Shown here one piece after another: positions 27,035-41,560 of a stretch of DNA of 64,000 bases. The DNA is from Eledone cirrhosa. Lineage: Eukaryota. A model generated the notes under the pieces. The model was not told the DNA's origin. It did no database searches and was given only the letters and a program-made list of their open reading frames with translations. Positions within the stretch are counted from its first letter, which is position 1, and each line of letters begins with the position of its first letter. Location of the stretch: positions 21,142,001 to 21,206,000 of the forward strand of contig OZ024759.1 of the NCBI GenBank assembly GCA_964016885.1, in the 5' to 3' direction. The translations under genes were made by a program, and so were the position numbers.

Positions 27035-27620
27035 GTGTGGTAGAGAATGTAAATCAGCAGGAGGGCTCAAACGACATGCAAAAGTACATGAACTCCAACC
27101 ACAGGCGGCTATTCCCAGCGAATGTTTTGGTTACCAACTCTGTGCAAGACATTTTAGATCATTGGCTGGGCTAAAAAGCCACATTCGATCGCAGCGCTGT
27201 TAGTTGCTATCGTGTGTGTGTGTGTAGATATGCTTATGTGCGTGCGTGTGTGTGTAGATATGCTTATGTGCGTGCGTGTGTGTGTATATACATATGAATA
27301 TGTATATCATTATTGTTGTTGTCGTTATTATCATTATTGCTATTATTATTATTATTATTATTATTGTTATTGTTATTAATGTATGTGTGTATATGTGTGA
27401 GTGTATGTGTATGTATGTGTGTATGTATATATGTATGTATATATATATATATATATATTTCTTTTTTTTTTTAATTTTATTTATTTATTTATTTATTTAT
27501 TATTATTATTTTATTTTATTTTATTTTATTTTATTTTATTTTATTTTATTTTATTTTATTTTATTTTTTTTTTTTCTTCTCGTGCAATGGCCATACTCGA
27601 TAACGAGGGGGCAGCCATCA
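27035..27620 (+). mobile_element. RTE-like LINE 3' end with two C2H2-like fingers and a microsatellite-rich 3' UTR
   Basis: [18 protein letters not shown]...[19 protein letters not shown]; the 3' UTR module is also present at 26099-26367. Confidence 0.7.
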
Positions 27621-27645
27621 TATATATATATATAATGTATGTATG

Positions 27646-27678
<33 letters not shown>

Positions 27679-28270
27679 GTATGTATGTATGTAATATATG
27701 TATGTAATATATATATGTAATGTATGTATATATATAATGTATATATATAATGTATGTATATATATATATATATATATATAATGTATGTATATATATATAT
27801 AATGTATGTATATATATATAATGTATGTATATATATATATAATGTATGTATATATATATATATAATGTATATATATATATAATGTATGTATATATATATA
27901 TAATGTATGTATATATATATATATAATGTATATATATATATATAATGCATGTATATATATATATATATATAATGTATATATATATATATAATGCATGTAT
28001 ATATATATATATATAATGTATATATATATATAATGTATGTATATATATATATAATGTATATATATATATAATGTATGTATATGTATATATATATATAATG
28101 TATGTATATGTATATATATATATAATGTATGTATGTATATATATATATATAATGTATATATATATATATATATAAAATGTATGTTTATATATATATATAT
28201 AAAATGTATATATATATATATATATATAATGTATGTATATATATATATATGTATGTATGTATATATATAT

Positions 28271-28301
<31 letters not shown>

Positions 28302-28455
28302 TGTATATATATATATATATAATGTATATATATATATGTATGTATATATATATATAATGTATATATATATATATATGTATGTATGTATATATATATATAT
28401 ATAATGTATATATATATATATATGTATGTATGTATATATATATATATATATAATG

Positions 28456-28492
<37 letters not shown>

Positions 28493-28512
28493 ATATATAT
28501 ATATATATAATG

Positions 28513-28547
<35 letters not shown>

Positions 28548-28636
28548 ATATATATATATATATAATGTATATATATATATATGTATGTATGTATATATAT
28601 ATATATGTATGTATGTATATATATATATAATGTGTG

Positions 28637-28669
<33 letters not shown>

Positions 28670-28744
28670 GTGTATGTATATATATATATGTATGTATGTA
28701 TGTGTATGTATATATATATATATATGTATGTATGTATGTATATG

Positions 28745-28775
<31 letters not shown>

Positions 28776-29534
28776 GTGTATATATATATATGTATATATA
28801 TATACGTATGTATGTATGTATGTATATATATATATGTATATATATATACGTATGTATGTATGTATATATATATATGTATATATATATACGTATGTATGTA
28901 TGTATATATATATATGTATATATATATACGTATGTATGTATGTATATATATATATGTATGTATGTATATATATATATGTATGTATGTATATATATGTATG
29001 TATGTATGTATATATATGTATGTATGTATATATATATGTGTGTATGTATGTATATATATATATATATGTGTATGTATGTATATATATATATATGTGTGTA
29101 TGTATGTATATATATATATGTGTGTATGTATGTATATATATATATATGTGTGTATGTATGTATATATATATATATGTGTGTATGTATGTATATATATATA
29201 TGTGTATGTATATATATATATATATGTGTATGTATGTATATATATATATGTGTATGTATGTATGTATATATGTATGTATATATATATATGTGTATGTATG
29301 TATGTATATATATATATGTATGTATATATATATATATGTGTATGTATGTATGTATATATATATGTGTATGTATGTATGTATATATATATGTGTATGTATG
29401 TATATATATATATATGTATGTATGTATATATATATATATATGTGTATGTATGTATGTATATATATATGTGTATATATGTATGTATATATATATGTGTATA
29501 TATGTATGTATATATATATGTGTATATATGTATG

Positions 29535-29607
<73 letters not shown>

Positions 29608-30224
29608 GTGTATGTATATATATATATATATATATGTGTATGTATGTATGTATATATATATATATGTGTATGTATATATATATGTATGTATATATATGTG
29701 AATATATATATATATGTATATGTATATATGTATATAAATATATATGCATGTATATATGTATATAAATATATATGTATGTATATGTATATATGTATATATA
29801 TATGTATGTATATATGTATATATGTATGTATGTATATGTATATATGTATATATGTATGTATATATGTATGTATGTATATGTATATATGTATATATGTATG
29901 TATATATGTATATAAATATATATGTATGTATATGTATATATGTATATATATATATGTATGTATATATATATATGTATATATGTATGTATGTATATGTATA
30001 TATATATATGTATATATGTATGTATATATATATATGTGTATGTATATATATATATATATGTATATATATATGTATATGTGTATTTATATGTATATGTGTA
30101 TATATGTATATGTGTATTTATATGTATATGTGTATATATATATATGTATATGTATATGTGTATATATATATATGTATATATATGTTTATGTATATATATG
30201 TATATATATGTATGTATATATATG

Positions 30225-30257
<33 letters not shown>

Positions 30258-30454
30258 GTATATGTATATATATGTATATATATGTATATGTATATATATG
30301 TATATATATATATGTATATATATGTATATATATATATGTATATATATGTATATATATGTATATATATATATATGTATATATATGTATATATATATTTTTA
30401 TATGTATATATATATATGTATATATATATATGTGTATATATATATGTGTATATA

Positions 30455-30512
<58 letters not shown>

Positions 30513-30513
30513 G

Positions 30514-30740
30514 TTATTATTGGCATCTGTCAGTCCTGAAAGACCATGGATCTGCGCCTGGAGAATGTTGGGCCACAGAAGTGACCGTCTAGTACGTAGC
30601 GACTGTATTTGAAGATCCTCTCTGTCGGTACTACTCCTTTTTTCGAGCACGTTTCTCATCGGAGCCAGGTTTCGGTTTCTCTTAGCCTCGCTCCACCCCC
30701 TTGTGCTGTACTTGTCTCCATCTTGGACGATCATAGAGTA
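30514..30740 (-). mobile_element. RTE-like LINE 3' fragment
   Basis: Minus-strand end CCATGGTCTTTCAGGACTGACAGATGCCAATAATAA resembles RTE termini; decayed coding upstream. Confidence 0.5.
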
Positions 30741-30754
30741 TGTGCATGTATGTG

Positions 30755-30819
<65 letters not shown>

Positions 30820-30887
30820 AATAGTAAACACTGGCAGGCTATATCCGTAGTAGTAGAGCACACAGTCTATCGGACGAGCGAGTTTGG

Positions 30888-30996
30888 TAGAAGTATTTCC
30901 ACAACAGTTAATTCACCATCTCCGAGAACAATTTGTTTCACCTTAGACCAAATTGTTCTCGGAAATGATGAATTAACTGTTGTGGAACTACTTCTA
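30888..30996. mobile_element. Family B fold-back element (half-hammerhead palindrome)
   Basis: Inverted arms of the 16385-16436 sequence; another truncated copy on the minus strand at 36499-36563. Confidence 0.7.
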
Positions 30997-31009
30997 TAAT
31001 ATACATATA

Positions 31010-31932
<923 letters not shown>

Positions 31933-32179
31933 TATATATTACAGTTAATTGGAGTCCCCCCCCCCCTCATAACTTTCTTAATAAGGTACATTTTGCAGAA
32001 ATACATTTTCCAAGGTGTAGATTACGAAATTATGTTGATAAATTCTTTTTATTAAAATTTCAACAAATTACCAGTAGTTATCTGTGATCTTAAAACGAAG
32101 GGTTACCAACAATTTTATATATATATAAAAAAATATTTGTTTTACAGTAACTTTTATATATATATTTTCTGCTTTAAAA

Positions 32180-33522
32180 AATTATTTATTATAACTTTTT
32201 ACTGTATGTTTTATAAATTTTATATATGTATTTTGTGTTGTAAAATATAATTTTATATGTATTTTGAGTTGTAAAATATAATTTTATATGTATTTTGATT
32301 TGTAAAATATTTTATATATATTTTGTGTTGTAAAATATTTTATATATATTTTGTGTTGTATAATATAATTTTATGTATATTTTGTGTTGTAAAATATAAT
32401 TTTATATATATATTTTGTTGTATAATATAATTTTATATACATTTTGTGTTGTATAACATAATTTTATATACATTTTATGTTGTATAATATAATTTTATAT
32501 ATAGATCGTGCTATATAAAATGTTCTATATAGTTCAGACTATATAAAATAATTTTCTATATAGTTCTTGGTATATATAAAAAATTATATATATATATATC
32601 GTGCTATATAAAATAATTTCCCATATTTATCGTGCTATATAAAATAATTTCCCATATATATCGTGCTATATAAAATAATTTCCCATATATATCGTGCTAT
32701 ATGAAATAATGTTCTATATAGTTCAGACTATATAAAATAATTTCTCATATATATCGTGCTATATAAAATAATTTTCTATATAGTTCTTGGTATATATAAA
32801 AAAAAGGATATATATATCGTGCTATATAAAATAATTTCCCATATATATCGTGCTATATAAAATAATTTTCTATATAGTTCTTGGTATATATAAAAAAAAA
32901 GGATATATATATCGTGCTATATAAAATAATTTCCCATATATATCGTGCTATATAAAATAATTTTCTATATAGTTCTTGGTATATATAAAAAAAAGGATAT
33001 ATATATCGTGCTATATAAAATAATTTCCCATATATATCGTGCTATATAAAATAATTTTCTATATAGTTCTTGGTATATATAAAAAAAAAGGAGATATATA
33101 TCGTGCTATATAAAATAATTTCCCATATATATCGTGCTATACAAAATAATGTTCTATATAGTTCATGCTATATAAAATTTCTATATATTACATGCGTATA
33201 TAAAATAATTTTCCATATATAGTTCAGGCTATATAATATAATTTTCTATATAGTTCGTGCTATATATTAAAAAAATTATATATATATCGTACTATATAAA
33301 ATAGTTTCTATATATATCGTGCTATATAAAATAATTTTCTATATAATTCTTGCTATATAAAATAATTTTCTATATAATTCCTGCTATATAAAATAATTTT
33401 CTATATAATTCCTGCTATATAAAATAATTTTCTATATATATCGTGCTATATAAAATGTTCTATATATTTCATGTTATATCAAATAATTTTCTATATATTT
33501 TGTGCTATATAAAATAATTTTA
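32180..33522. repeat. AT-rich ~31-34-bp minisatellite with higher-order units
   Basis: Recurrent TATATATCGTGCTATATAAAATAATTT. Confidence 0.9.
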
Positions 33523-34653
33523 ATCTGTCAATGGTAAAACGTATTCTTCAGTCTTCATCTCATCTCGCTTCTATTCTATTCTATGTTTCGGCCTTTGAGA
33601 ATGGCGACAGGAAGAGCGTCGAACTAAAAGCTTTGCGGTATTTTGTCCCGACTCTCTTCGTTCTGGTTTCAAATTCCGCCATAGTCATCTTTAGCTTTCA
33701 TCATTCCTGGGCCGATATAATAAACTACCAGTCAAGTACTTGTACATAATTGGTATTTATTTAATCACCCACCCTCTGTGAGTGTAAATGTGTGTATGTA
33801 TATATATATATGTGTGTGTGTGTGTATGTATGTATGTAAGTATGTATGTATATATGTGTGTGTGTGTGTGTGTAAACGTGTATCATCACCGTCTAACGTG
33901 TATTTTCCATCCTTCAATGTGTTTAAAGAACTGTCATCTTATGAGGCTAGACAGGTCAAGTGACCATATCTTGCTCGTACACTCCATATTTGGCATAGTT
34001 GGCATTTGGGATGACATCCTTCCTAACACCAACCACTTTACAGCGTGTTGTGGGTGATTTTAGTCATAATATCATTCTGACCACCTTACAAGGTGGCCTA
34101 GGTGCTTCTGTTCGTGGCACCAACACGACTAACTTACAGGGTGGACTGGGGCGTTTTGTCGTGTCACCAACATGACCATTTTTCAGAGTGGGCTGGGTGC
34201 TTGTTGTCGTGTGACCAGCATGACCATCTTACAGAGTGGACTGGGTGCTTTTTGTCATGACACCTTCACTGTGAGATAGCAGGAGACATGACAAGGGGCT
34301 AGCCTTGAAGAAAGTGAGTTGCATTTGGCATTATATTGAAGAGCATGTCATAAGAAAAGCAAAAAAACTTCTTATCCCTTCTTCCTTCTCAGTAAAGGTT
34401 TTATCTCACATAATATCGAATTGGCTTGATTTTGATATTATTTATTTTGAAAACAATACCTGGTAATGCAAGCATTTATTGAGTTGACATTGTTTTTGTC
34501 TCACTGCTACCAGACTACCAACGTTATTTTTTCCAAACTCATGAAAGCATTTAAATAGGAGAGGGGGGGGGGGGGCAAAAGTCACTTCCCATTAAAAAAA
34601 ATTCATGATTTTTTTTATAATTAAAATATATATATTTTTTTCTTTCAGATTAA

Positions 34654-34947
34654 CCCTTTAGCATATATATATATATGCGATTATATTTTCATGGTAAAGG
34701 CTTTGTCTCACAATTATTTTACGTAATATCGAATCTACGAGATTTTTATGTTATTTTGAAAACAATACCTTAATGTAGGTATGAACGGCCAGTTACAGCT
34801 GATTTGAGCAGAAAGAGGGTGAGAGTTCTGGCCGAGTACGGCTGGTTTGAACGGAAAGAGGGTGAGAGTTCTGGCCAGGTACAGCTGGTTTGAACAGAAA
34901 GAGGGTGGGAGCTCTGGCCGCGTACGGTTGGTTTAAATGCTAAAGGG
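34654..34947. mobile_element. piggyBac-type MITE
   Basis: TTAA-CCCTTTAGCAT...ATGCTAAAGGG-TTAA. Relatives at 39819-40015, ~10917-11119 and ~12415-12631. Confidence 0.8.
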
Positions 34948-34951
34948 TTAA

Positions 34952-35801
34952 GTGGAGCCTCACCACTCCACACAACCTATGTTAGGAAGCATTCTGCCAA
35001 GTACCATTCACAATACTCTATTCTTCTATCTGGATCATCTTCATTGATCTAAAATCTAAAGTCTGTCTTAAGCCAGGAGGCTCATTTGGCCGGTGTTTAT
35101 CTCGGTTTCATGGCGTGAAGCAGCTGAGAGTACAAGATTCCACCCTGGACAGGACGCCAGTCCATCGCAGGGTTAAACCCCCAGCTACTGCTGGTACTCA
35201 TTTTCAGCTGAGTATACTGGAGCAACGTGAAATGAAGTGTTTTGCTCAAGAACACAACAAGCAACCCAGGAATCGAATCCACGACATTATGATCGTAAGT
35301 CCAACACCCTTACCACTAGGCCACGTACCTCCACCATCTTCATTGATAGCATGGTTTAATGTAGGGACATAACATTTCTCATGGCAGAACTTTAAAATGC
35401 TATGGACAGATGTTTTTGAAATCCCTACATCATGGCTTGCTTGCTTCAAAGGTTTTCTTGAACTTATGAGAAAACTTTCCAGTGACCTTTCTTGTTTTCC
35501 GGGGCTTGTTGATGTCTGTGATCTTCCAGAACGGTTCCTGTGTATATTATGTCCAGTTCCATCAGATGCAAAATGTATTAATGATTCAAGAGATGGTTAG
35601 ACACGAGGGTGGATCTGATGAAACTCTCTTCTACACTGTCTTTGGACTTCAACTGTGTTTTCATATTTCCAGTAGCATTTTAGTATAAATTTCCTTTGTT
35701 CGTAGCTAAGTCTTGAAGCCACTATCGAATCTGATGCATAAAATCTGAAAAGTAAGAAAGCGGATTTGAGTTGAAGTACGTATACATATTTGGGGACACC
35801 C

Positions 35802-35803
<2 letters not shown>
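34952..35803 (-). mobile_element. Tc1/mariner-superfamily transposon 5' half, split by a SINE
   Basis: End CAGGGTGTCCCCAAA; decayed N-terminal transposase RLSYEQRKFILKCYWKYEN...GISKTSVHSILK...EDDPDRRIEYCEWY...WSGEA. Confidence 0.8.
35049..35334 (-). mobile_element. Full-length tRNA-derived SINE with target-site duplication
   Basis: Minus-strand A box TGGCCTAGTGG and B box GATTCGATTCC, TTTAGA-type tail, 13-bp TSD CATCTTCATTGAT (35036-35048, 35335-35347). Relatives at ~7665-7775, 10055-10320, 51600-51880 and 61525-61700. Confidence 0.9.
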
Positions 35804-35835
<32 letters not shown>

Positions 35836-35838
<3 letters not shown>

Positions 35839-36233
35839 TGTTATACTTTGGGAGAGTCATGTTGCCAATAAGAAAAACACGCAGCAGTTGCTTTCACTTC
35901 AATTTATTATAATAAATTTATAAATTTCCGGTTGGTTCGTTCCACAACCAGATGATTGTTTATATATTGTCAAAATTCACTGAAGAGGTCACAGAATGCG
36001 TGACGAAAGAACTTTGACAATATATAAACAATCATCTGGTTGTGGAACCAACCAACCAACCAACCGGAAATTTATAAATTCCTAAATTTATAAATTTATT
36101 ATAATAAATTGAAGTGAAAGCAACTGGTGCGTGTGTTTCTTATTGGCAACATGACCCTCCCAAAGTATAACAATATCGGTTTCAACACACGTTTTCAGAT
36201 AAAGAATCTTGCTAAACAAATTCAAAAACGAAA
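35836..36233 (+). mobile_element. Fold-back element with an HHR in the loop
   Basis: Inverted arms ~35836-35974 and ~36013-36175, then an unpaired tail; (TA)n flanks. Confidence 0.75.
35977..36018 (+). ncRNA. Minimal hammerhead motif forming the loop of a long palindrome
   Basis: TCA-CTGAAGA-G-GTCAC agaatgc GTGAC-GAAAG aa CT-T-TGA; perfect 5-bp helix II, short helices I and III. Confidence 0.75.
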
Positions 36234-36700
36234 TATATATATATATATATATTCACAAAAGTAACTTATGCAGATAACCCAGAAAACTTTTCGACTGAAA
36301 AGTTCATAAGCTTACAAAGATACTCTCATGGAATGACCAAATGAGGTTTATTTGTCAACGTAGTTCCTGGAAAGTAACAATGCAGTTAGTAATAAGAAGA
36401 GTTGAAATTAATGCATGCAAGATTTCACAGCTCTAGTATCACTCCTTCATAGTCAGCCTATCAACTTTTCAGCCTACCCCCATATATATATATATATAGG
36501 AGTAGTTCCACAACAGTTAATTCACCATACCGAGAACAAATGTTTCACCTTATGTGGATCATCATATATACACATACATACATACATATACATACATATA
36601 TATATATACACACACATACATACATACATATATATATATATATACACATACACAAATATATATAACCACCACTACCATTATTTAACTTACGTTTTCCTTT

Positions 36701-36733
<33 letters not shown>

Positions 36734-36767
36734 GACACATCAAATAATTGAGCCAATCATGAGTCTT

Positions 36768-36858
<91 letters not shown>

Positions 36859-37675
36859 TAGTTGTTGTATGTAATTAATTGCTTCAAAGATTATATTTTT
36901 ACCATTTATCACTTTTTTCTATCTCTTTATCCCCCCTAATTATAGAATTATTACTATTACTGATACTACTAATACTAGTAATAATTATAGACTGTCTATT
37001 ATTACTATTATTATTATCATTATTATTCCTGATAATTATGATTGATATTTTGTTTGTTTATTAAGGATTACCATTATCACCCCACCGCCATTATTATGAT
37101 CATTATTATTACTATAATTACCATGATAGCCAGATTCATTACCACTATTACTTCTATCACCACCACCACCACAACCATCTCCACCACCACAACCATCTCC
37201 ACCACCGCCTCCACCACTAACATCACCGCCACCAGCACCACTATCTCCACCAACACCATCTCCACTTCTACCATCACCGCCATCTCCACCTCTACCATCA
37301 CCGCCATCTCCACCTCTACCATCACCGCCATCTCCACCTCCACCATCACCGCCACCACCACCACCACCACCACCATTACTATTATTATTGTCGACATTAC
37401 TGCTTGCTCTTTAAGTAAATTTCAATATTATCATGTTCTTTTAATTACCCGCTCTCCATAATACCTAGCACCACCACCACCATCACCCACCTCTACCACT
37501 ACTACCACCCACCTCTACCACCACTACCACCCACCTCTACACACATAACAGCCTCGTTTTCGCTTCCGCTGCTTCTCCCTTCCCCCCTCTCATTTTCCAT
37601 TCCACTGCAACCTCCCTCCACACATACACTCACACATGCATACACACATATACACACACACTGAAACACGTACAC

Positions 37676-37709
<34 letters not shown>

Positions 37710-38215
37710 TCACACATATACACTGACACATACACACACTCACACATATACACAAACATACACACAAACACATACACACACTCACACACATACACAAACA
37801 TACATACTCACACACATACACAAACATACATACTCACACATATACACAAACATACACATTCACACATATACACAAACACACACATTCACACACACATATA
37901 CACACACACACACATACACACACTCACAGATATACACTCTCACACACATATTTATATACAAACACACACATACAAACACGCAATTGTCTGGCAATATGAC
38001 TATTACATGTAGCAGAAAAATGAATATATATATATATATATTATATAACTAAAGAAATAACTAAAAAATATAACTAAAATATAAAAAAAAAAATAACTCA
38101 ACCTCGTTCTAACGTCAATATAGTTACTTTGATTATAAAACACTATATCAATTTAATTTAAAACAGAAAATGATCTATAATATTTTTATTAATATTATTA
38201 TTAGTAATAACGACG

Positions 38216-38254
<39 letters not shown>

Positions 38255-38809
38255 GTAATAATGATAATGGCAATGAGGAAAGTGAAAATTAGAAAAAAAA
38301 AAAAATAATAATAATAATGATAATAGTAATAATGATAATGGTAATGAGGAAAGTGAAAATTAGAAAAAAATAAAAATAAATATTGATAGTAATGATTTCC
38401 TTTTATTATATTAATCATAATAATTCTTATCGTATTATAAAATCTTAATTTAATTCAGTAAACGTTTATGATATAGCTACACGCCACTGTGATTTTTTGT
38501 TTTAGGTTTTTTGGTCTTTTTAGTGTCGTTTGGTTTTCTTGTTGGTTTTGTCGCTAGCTATAATTGTTGTTCTCGTTCTTCTTCCCGTTCTCGCTCTCGC
38601 GCTCGTTGGTGTATGTGTTTGTTGTTGCTGTTTGCTGCTTTATAGCGTTTAATCCTTTACAAACGAGATTTCTTCAATTAATTTTTCAATAGATTAGGTT
38701 AAAGAAGGAAAAAGCCTATCATTTAACATTCGGTGTACTAATTAAACTAGCAAGACCATCATCAATTTAGAATCAGCGTGTGGGTGGATGAAAGAGAAGG
38801 AACGACTGA

Positions 38810-39140
38810 ATAAATGGCGCTCCGTCGGTTACGACGGTGAGTGTTCTAGTTGATTCGATCGACGTTATACTTGCTACTGAAATGAACGTGCAAGGCTTAG
38901 CTGAATATTCCACAGACATTTGTACCCTTAATGTAGTTCTCAGGGAGATTCAGTGAACAGAATGTGACAAGGCTGGCTGGCCCTTCGTATTACAGGTACA
39001 TCACATTTTTGCCAGCTGAGTGGACTGGGGCAACGTAAAATAAAGAGTCTTGCTCAAGGACATAAAGCGCCGACAGGAATTGAATTCACGCCCTTACGAT
39101 CGTGAGCCGAAAACCCTAACTACTAAGCTACGCACCTTCG
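38810..39140 (-). mobile_element. tRNA-derived SINE (third family)
   Basis: CCACAGACA...GTAGTTCTCAGGGAGATTCAG...GACAAGGCTGG body recurs at 1-110, 20640-20870 and 44146-44380. Confidence 0.75.
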
Positions 39141-39240
39141 CAACAAATAACTCCGTGGTGGTAAAACATCCAACTCAACTCGTACCATATCGTCTGACTG
39201 TGCGTGTGCGTAAATGTGCAGATAGATGGCGACACATGTG

Positions 39241-39295
<55 letters not shown>

Positions 39296-39299
<4 letters not shown>

Positions 39300-39761
39300 A
39301 GTGTAATTTACTACACAAAACGAAGGTTATAGAGAACATTGAGGTTGGTAATGGCACATGGAATATATAAGAGACAGAATACTTTTTTGTGAAAAAACAT
39401 ATAATTTTATAAGGTAAGGAAATAATAAAGGGTATAAAAAATGACCGGTTTCGATGGGTCTGCAAAAGCCATCTTTTCAAATGTTGATTAATATTAAGAA
39501 AAATTAATAATAAGAAGAGTTAAAATTTGAGATTTGAATTCTATACTTGAATTTTCAAATCTCAAATTTTAACTCTTCGTATTATTAATTTTTCTTAATA
39601 TTAATCAACATTTGAAAAGATGGCTTTTGCAGACCCATCGAAACCGGTCATTTTTTATACCCTTTATTATTTCCTTACCTTATAAAATTATATGTTTTTT
39701 CACAAAAAAGTATTCTGTCTCTTATATATTCCATGTGCCATTACCAACCTCAATTTTCTCT
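39296..39761 (-). mobile_element. Fold-back element with ~208-bp arms
   Basis: Arms 39331-39538 and 39555-39761 are nearly identical; variant HHR in each. Confidence 0.75.
39607..39654 (+). ncRNA. Hammerhead variant with U3/A8 core (mirror copy in left arm)
   Basis: AACAT-TTGAAAA-GATGG...CCATC-GAAAC cg GT-C-ATTTT; palindromic ACCGGT helix III, GUC triplet. Confidence 0.65.
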
Positions 39762-39764
39762 CTT

Positions 39765-39795
<31 letters not shown>

Positions 39796-40144
39796 TATAA
39801 ATGCAGATTAAAGTTTAACCCTTTAGCATTTACATAACTCTATATATACTATTGTATTTTTGTGGTAAAGGCTTTACTGCACATAATTATCTCACATATT
39901 ACCGAATCTATGAGATTTTGAAAACAATACCTTAACATCAGTATGAGTGGCTGGTTTGAACAGAAAAAAGATGAGAGAATTCTGGCCGGATGTGTTCGGT
40001 TTAAATGCTAAAGAGCTAAGCAAAGAATCGCTGCTTTCACCCTTTAGGGGAGCTGAAACAATAATAAATATTTGCTCTACGGGTTTATATATATATATAA
40101 TCCTTATCGAGCCTTCTTCGGATTTTAGTCCTCAGATTTATTAT

Positions 40145-40190
<46 letters not shown>

Positions 40191-40347
40191 GCACACACCC
40201 ACAAAACAGCTGACAACAAAAAAGAATTTTCGTTTACCTTGCTATTCCTTTTATTAAAACGACAAGGGGACGGACAAAGAAGATGTTCTTGAAGCCTTCA
40301 CCCGTTTCCTTGTGGATTGCCTCGAAAACGTAACCTTACTATGTAAG

Positions 40348-40427
40348 AAGCTGTCTGATGAGATCATGGCACCGATTAGGCGGAATCGCGTGGCCACTGT
40401 CGTCATTGAAATATGTATCACAGGCTT
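40348..40427 (+). ncRNA. Type I hammerhead motif with long helix II
   Basis: AAGCTGT-CTGATGA-...-GAAAT atgt AT-C-ACAGGCTT, followed by AATAAA at 40431. Confidence 0.75.
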
Positions 40428-40459
40428 ATCAATAAAGGACTTTAACATTTGAAACTACG

Positions 40460-40515
<56 letters not shown>

Positions 40516-40831
40516 TAAAAAGGGGGCTTCGAAAAGCGCATCCGTGTTATTATATATACCAGTACATGTTATAAAGATCCCTTTTTTATATATATACAAG
40601 TGGCGGTTTTCGAACTACCTTTTTTATTATCATTTTCTTTATATATATATAATAAACAAGAAAGACGGTTTTAATCGTACATCCCGATTTCATTCGTTAT
40701 ACGTATTTCGAAGGCAGTTTATATATATATATATATATAGGAAATGTTATTCATTTCATCGACCAGTAAGCAAATATGCTTATTGGTCGGCGAAGTGAAT
40801 AACAGTAACATTTTACATCTCGTTTGTATAT

Positions 40832-40897
40832 GTGTCTGAAGAGGACATGTAGGGCGGTTAATATATACCTGCTTTATGTCTTCGAAATATGTATAAC
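40832..40897 (+). ncRNA. Type I hammerhead motif with long helix II
   Basis: CTGAAGA-G-GACATGTAGG...CCTGCtttATGTC-ttc-GAAAT atgt AT-A; weak helix I; AATAAA at 40899. Confidence 0.6.
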
Positions 40898-41054
40898 GAA
40901 TAAAATAATATTGTACGAATAAAACTGTCTTTCTTGTTTATTGTAATAAAACTCCGGCTGAATAAAAATCGTGGAGTGCTTTACATCTGTTAAGAAAAAG
41001 TCGGCAGATTTTCAATCAACCAACTTTCTTCAATTGAATATATATATAATAAAA

Positions 41055-41117
41055 ATTTCTTCTGATGAATGAAGACAGACAAGTTTCTGCCTTCAAGAAA
41101 CCACTGGTAAATGAAAT
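41055..41117 (+). ncRNA. Type I hammerhead motif, same architecture as 7556-7625
   Basis: ATTTCTT-CTGATGA-A-TGAAGACAGA caagtt TCTGCCTTCA-A-GAAACC act GGT-A-AATGAAAT; shares the downstream tail TACATAGAGCACTCT with the 7.3-kb element. Confidence 0.8.
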
Positions 41118-41213
41118 AATTATCTTATGTTGTTTATTACATAACTAAAGAGCTCTGTAGCCTACATAGAGCACTCTCTTTTCCTTTACCTTTCCTACGG
41201 AAATACTTAATTT

Positions 41214-41264
<51 letters not shown>

Positions 41265-41266
<2 letters not shown>

Positions 41267-41560
41267 CTTAGAAATAGGATTAAGAATAAGAAAGCAAAAA
41301 CGGGGGGGGGGGGGTTCCTCATCAGTTGTCTACTGGGGGGGGGGGGTCTCGGATATTTCAACGTTTTCCCAATAACTTACCCAGTTATTGAACGCTCTGG
41401 GGTAGATATAAATTGTCTTTAAAGGGTTGAAATATCTGAGACCTCTCCAGTAGACAACTGATGAGGAAAACTCTGCCGCTCCTCTTTCTTGCTTTCTTCT
41501 TATTCTTATTCCTATTTTGAAGTCTACCTTAACTAGCAACTACACACCCACCCTATTCTC
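41265..41560. mobile_element. Older imperfect fold-back element
   Basis: TTCCTCATCAGTTGTCTACTGG...TCTCGGATATTTCAAC mirrored at ~41426-41520; (TA)n flank. Confidence 0.55.

Larger units (their letters stand above)
22154..30510. repeat. ~8-kb compound (TA)n/(TATG)n microsatellite field with embedded RTE ends
   Basis: Direct inspection. Other large tracts at 17830-18720, 52340-53122, 55425-56281 and 59430-60840. Confidence 0.97.

Noticed and set aside
27035-27203. C2H2 zinc-finger host gene exon
   Set aside because: Followed by a repeated retroelement 3' terminus and has a decayed relative at ~25320-25460; better explained as a LINE C-terminus.
22060-30863. Very long ORFs (up to 979 aa) rich in Y/I/H/T or M/Y/V/C
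   Set aside because: Translations of (TA)n/(TG)n microsatellites, open in several frames on both strands.
41425-41480. Permuted hammerhead (GAAATATC...CTGATGAGG)
   Set aside because: Helices I and II cannot be paired convincingly.
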